Below, in pieces: positions 17,601 to 20,000 of a DNA stretch of 20,000 nt. Position 1 is the first letter of the stretch, and every line of letters starts with the position of its first letter. Where the stretch lies: IMG/VR virus record IMGVR_UViG_3300024314_000003; one strand, written 5' to 3'. The translations under genes were made by a program, and so were the position numbers. Source of the DNA: an uncultured virus (IMG/VR IMGVR_UViG_3300024314_000003) (Duplodnaviria; Heunggongvirae; Uroviricota; Caudoviricetes). The notes under the pieces are model-generated. The model searched no databases, was not told where the DNA came from, and saw only the letters and a program-made list of their open reading frames with translations.

Positions 17601-19518
17601 TAAAGATAGAACTGAATTTTTATCGACTAGCCCGATATCTTTTAAATCTTCGTCTGATGTAAATGATTTTAAAGTTGCAACAATACTTAACTATACTTCT
17701 AACGACGAAATAAACAACACGGGAGTAGATATAGAGGTTGTAAGAAATAATAAATTTAAAACTATTAGCATTCTTATAAATTTACAAGTTCCTACAAATG
17801 ATATATCACAATTAGACAGATATTTGTTATATAATTTAAATGACCTTTTAAATGAAGGAGAAATACTTGATAGTAATATTAGAGGTTTCTTAGAGTTTGG
17901 AGGTAGCTCAGTAACAGTATGGAATACTGAAGATCCTGAAATTACAACGATAGTGGAAGCTTCGGTGCAATCAGTTGGCGAAAATACACCTAAATTTACA
18001 CAAGACATTTTTAAAATAGATGAGCAATATTCATATATATTATTTGAAAGTGGAAATGAAACTTATTCTTTACAGGTTGTTTCGGTGATAGACGATTCAC
18101 AAATAATAGTTAAAGGTCTTCCTTACCTATGGGTATTAAATCAGCAGACTGGAGAATATTATCAGGATTTAGATGTACCCTATGACGATCCAACTACGAT
18201 TCCTAACATTATACCTCTTAAATATTATAACGGTGGTAAAAAGGCATGGGATAATGCATTACAAGACGTTTCTTCATTTGGATTTGCAGATAGAATTAAT
18301 ACACATAGAGATATAACGTATACTACTATTCTAGAGAATGGAGATATAGAGTCAGGTCAGTTTTGTTTAGAAATACAAAGCGGTGTTGAGTTTGTAAAAA
18401 CCTCAATTTTAGACATAGAAATAGATGATGATAAACCTAAGGCATTTAAATTAAATAATGATAATATAGGTTATAATCTGGTTGCAAGAGAAGATGGTGG
18501 ATATTACACTACTCTTAAAAGAATGAACGGTAGCTATGATCCTTTATTTAAAGATGTTGTAACTTTTTCATCTCCCTATGGCAATTATAAATTTAGAAAT
18601 ACCTTAGATTCTTTTAATGAAGAGCAAGAGAACAGGTTGAAAAAATACAACAGACTGATAGGAGTAAATTGTATGTTTAATTCTAATTTAGGAGTTGATG
18701 AAAATTACGGAATTATCAATAACTTTTTCTTTCATAAAGTAAATGAATTACAGCCGAAGGTTATTAAACTAAGTCAAGAATCAGATAAACTACCCCTATA
18801 TCCATTAATTGGAGAAATAGCAATAGATAAAAAAGATTTAAACCTATTTAAGAGTAAATATGCTAAAGACTATTATACAAGGTCCTTTGGTGGAACAAAT
18901 AGATCAAAGGAAGTCCATGGAACATTAAGCCCTATAGAAGAAAGATCTTTCTTTGCATCTACAATAATGAAAGTTAAAAATGAATATGATATAACTTCAT
19001 ACAATTTAAAAAGAGTAAGATCTCTTCAAGCGTTAGATGTAATTAGATATGATGAAAGAGAAGATGATGGTGCTTATATTTTTGAAGATTCTCAAAAAAT
19101 TCACATTGACTTCTACATCGCTAATTCTATTGTAAGAAAATTAAAAGAAGAAAATATAACTGCGTATTATTCAAGGTACGCTACTTCTGAATATTCGTAT
19201 GGAGATAAAACAACATTGGAAGATGATTCAACAATATACATTGAAGAAAACATTATACCTAGATTTATAATAGATCAAATAAAGGTATATGGAACTGAAA
19301 TAGCAGGGTATCTTCCAAGTGATGATATAAATCAATCTAAATATAGTGAATTGGAAAGCGTAACTAATATAGAAGATATTACATCTGATGGGTTTTTTGA
19401 ACTTACTAATTTTGAAATCAGAAGTTTCGCTGAAAAGCCTTTAAATTTCAGATTAATATATAATAAAAAACCAGGGTATCGATATAATTTGAGGGTCCAT
19501 TCTAAAATAATTGCATAA
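14689..19518 (+). CDS. Very large hypothetical structural protein (tail/baseplate-associated)
   Basis: Uninterrupted 1609-aa ORF, acidic and Asn/Asp/Ser-rich. Contains GNTSQIAAALAAAIRNA, a helix type I associate with sheath/structural accessory domains. Sits between structural genes and a collagen fibre gene. Confidence 0.6.
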   Translation: MAITINTQAEGISYKDKSFALLRTNPKLTSNVKLITDEEGDIYLSSIKANRTLSQYEYQKYPISSSGEYCRDVAQFYGRLSKDERYQVGREFTDLSVSKDYSTQYENLYNYGASFNYTKAYDEQYRIFAPIWLEESVPEKFIIYRIKDVDFKEKSLEDDPSQNSRIQEMLSNATLIKSYDMTNNSKLGRYLNSHVSNPLIPKSHIDFNFELDDPTSFNGIDVMLGGFVEKSDYIDDDYVKEDLPEILANNTLTTSFERNGIVSHNIINLEFLFDDNEADDYNVYRYFGIFVDEHQEGTVVVNSVNSIGHLNLDISNSSSDELDKLPSIKDYTQPILGWVKDINNKYHNVLNRFRKTRIEKNQILTSYNGDSSIFVNKKQTEFNTPVINKTPFNGFIELNIIDQPSDNDKVFLGDLLEISIENFNLGDFVLIADTSLPIGTFQENRYSAIGNTSQIAAALAAAIRNAEVIPYNASSIKNRVIIDDYSQGRNKNTTVFGISSSNPNPFIDMQSSTDANLAFSNKYNDFISEGGTVTGGLQLGDYEIYTMIGGCSVNQGVLISPNEIGNLQVGYFIKELNKDNYVRIIEIIKDPYSENFRVIFQKPVVFSMDNVITSYETYDTPFGKFSAYDFKDFNFDFYDTSNSKIDFLVLESMQYKNDEASFGVANVSSIYVLEANDQPFPGADPYILIHDIDVSEFIKKGDFVKVDTVGNPGEQEWTEVKDVIYTSMGTMFFTKIITKDLASANYFFNQSNVADIYEDFIFKPGPGNSQLFKFKSLSSIIRDDIVESDFIDTEIINEYDRLKENSLKETSVNSRVVPTICKFNLKDSTNSRNLSYILNTNEAFGVNNLSADITKLSERSAEKLNMEHFYIHNIPTYLLEPSSIPLLMDYVYEGYEKPYSELVANLKSTDFDYFSTILNYTGAHQNDSSGLATIEPGEWVNSTPLKMYTKMQGGDSVNFSSTVFKGLRYIYKDRTEFLSTSPISFKSSSDVNDFKVATILNYTSNDEINNTGVDIEVVRNNKFKTISILINLQVPTNDISQLDRYLLYNLNDLLNEGEILDSNIRGFLEFGGSSVTVWNTEDPEITTIVEASVQSVGENTPKFTQDIFKIDEQYSYILFESGNETYSLQVVSVIDDSQIIVKGLPYLWVLNQQTGEYYQDLDVPYDDPTTIPNIIPLKYYNGGKKAWDNALQDVSSFGFADRINTHRDITYTTILENGDIESGQFCLEIQSGVEFVKTSILDIEIDDDKPKAFKLNNDNIGYNLVAREDGGYYTTLKRMNGSYDPLFKDVVTFSSPYGNYKFRNTLDSFNEEQENRLKKYNRLIGVNCMFNSNLGVDENYGIINNFFFHKVNELQPKVIKLSQESDKLPLYPLIGEIAIDKKDLNLFKSKYAKDYYTRSFGGTNRSKEVHGTLSPIEERSFFASTIMKVKNEYDITSYNLKRVRSLQALDVIRYDEREDDGAYIFEDSQKIHIDFYIANSIVRKLKEENITAYYSRYATSEYSYGDKTTLEDDSTIYIEENIIPRFIIDQIKVYGTEIAGYLPSDDINQSKYSELESVTNIEDITSDGFFELTNFEIRSFAEKPLNFRLIYNKKPGYRYNLRVHSKIIA

Positions 19519-19520
19519 AA

Positions 19521-20000
19521 ATGAACATAAGAATCAAAGAACTTTTTAAGAGTGATCTAGATCCTAACAGTAGTGAATGGTGGTCAAAGGATAAAATTGA
19601 TAAAATTAATTTTAATTTTAGACTAATGAAAAACGGAGGGCCAAGTGGCCCTGTAGGAATTGAAGGACCAAATGGTGAAGATGGTGATAAGGGTGAAGAC
19701 GGTCTACAAGGAACTGAGGGACCACGTGGAACACAGGGTATGATAGGACCAGAGTCAAGTGGAACTTGGAAATCACAAGAGATAACAGATGATAATAATC
19801 CAACACAAAGGGTAATATATCCTTCCGTTGCTGTTAATCAGAGTGGAACGGTTACATTAGCAATTGGTGCATCTGCTCATTTAGATAGCAATGGGGAATT
19901 AATAAGTCCTTATTATGGTGAATTATCAACAGAGCCTGTCAGTGCTTCGAAGAGCGGAACATTAAATATTATAACAGAAGCTTCAACCGGTTCAAGCCCC
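19521..20000 (+). CDS. Collagen-repeat tail fibre / whisker-like protein (3'-truncated; not in the supplied ORF track)
   Basis: Manual translation from ATG 19521 gives MNIRIKELFKSDLDPNSSEWWSKDKIDKINFNFRLMKNG-GPSGPVGIEGPNGEDGDKGEDGLQGTEGPRGTQGMIGPE-SSGTWKSQEIT..., open for 160 codons to the window end. Starts 2 nt after the previous TAA. Confidence 0.85.
   Translation, partial: MNIRIKELFKSDLDPNSSEWWSKDKIDKINFNFRLMKNGGPSGPVGIEGPNGEDGDKGEDGLQGTEGPRGTQGMIGPESSGTWKSQEITDDNNPTQRVIYPSVAVNQSGTVTLAIGASAHLDSNGELISPYYGELSTEPVSASKSGTLNIITEASTGSSP
19638..19754 (+). repeat. Collagen-like (Gly-X-Y)13 coding repeat
   Basis: GPS GPV GIE GPN GED GDK GED GLQ GTE GPR GTQ GMI GPE: GGN codons recur every 9 nt. 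Confidence 0.92.

Noticed and set aside
2673..19806. Short minus-strand ORFs in the track (2673-2876, 3576-3761, 4473-4790, 6364-6558, 6790-6987, 7549-7785, 8228-8422, 15726-15989, 16995-17210, 17691-18008, 19618-19806)
   Set aside because: All lie antisense to long, well-supported + strand genes and have shadow-ORF composition (Ser/Ile/Leu-rich, no motifs). 19618-19806 is simply the antisense of the collagen repeat.
1..20000. Stop-codon reassignment within this window
   Set aside because: The standard code already gives near-complete coding density with very long uninterrupted ORFs.
1..20000. CRISPR array, tRNA/rRNA, intron, intein or mobile element
   Set aside because: Intergenic gaps are at most 105 nt, and I saw no spaced direct repeats, cloverleaf, transposase, homing-endonuclease or intein splice motifs.

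Overview
AT-rich (roughly 30% GC by eye), densely coding window with every credible gene on the + strand, most likely from a large myovirus-type (jumbo/huge) phage. It opens with the 3' part of a ribosomal protein S1-like gene (S1 domains matching D2-D4) closed by a strong intrinsic terminator. A long, tightly packed virion-morphogenesis run follows: an amidoligase-type (COOH-NH2 ligase) enzyme fused to a beta-helix-like tail, a T4 gp13-like neck protein, gp25-like and gp6-like baseplate wedge proteins, an 89-aa ORF, a gp7/P2-gpI-like 929-aa protein, a 186-aa protein with a gp9/gp10-type N-terminal motif, three large unassigned proteins (661, 1271, 1609 aa), and a collagen-repeat fibre gene that runs off the window and is absent from the ORF track. 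No gene has a recognisable Shine-Dalgarno sequence (A/T-rich leaders, suggestive of a Bacteroidota-type host), and all 11 complete genes end in TAA. A recurrent (G/A)ATATATA motif, preceded by a short inverted repeat at its three intergenic copies, is a candidate late promoter. The most interesting candidate system is the phage S1 plus SD-less leaders plus this motif, with an amidoligase heading the structural operon. All family calls are from motif recognition by eye; no searches were run.
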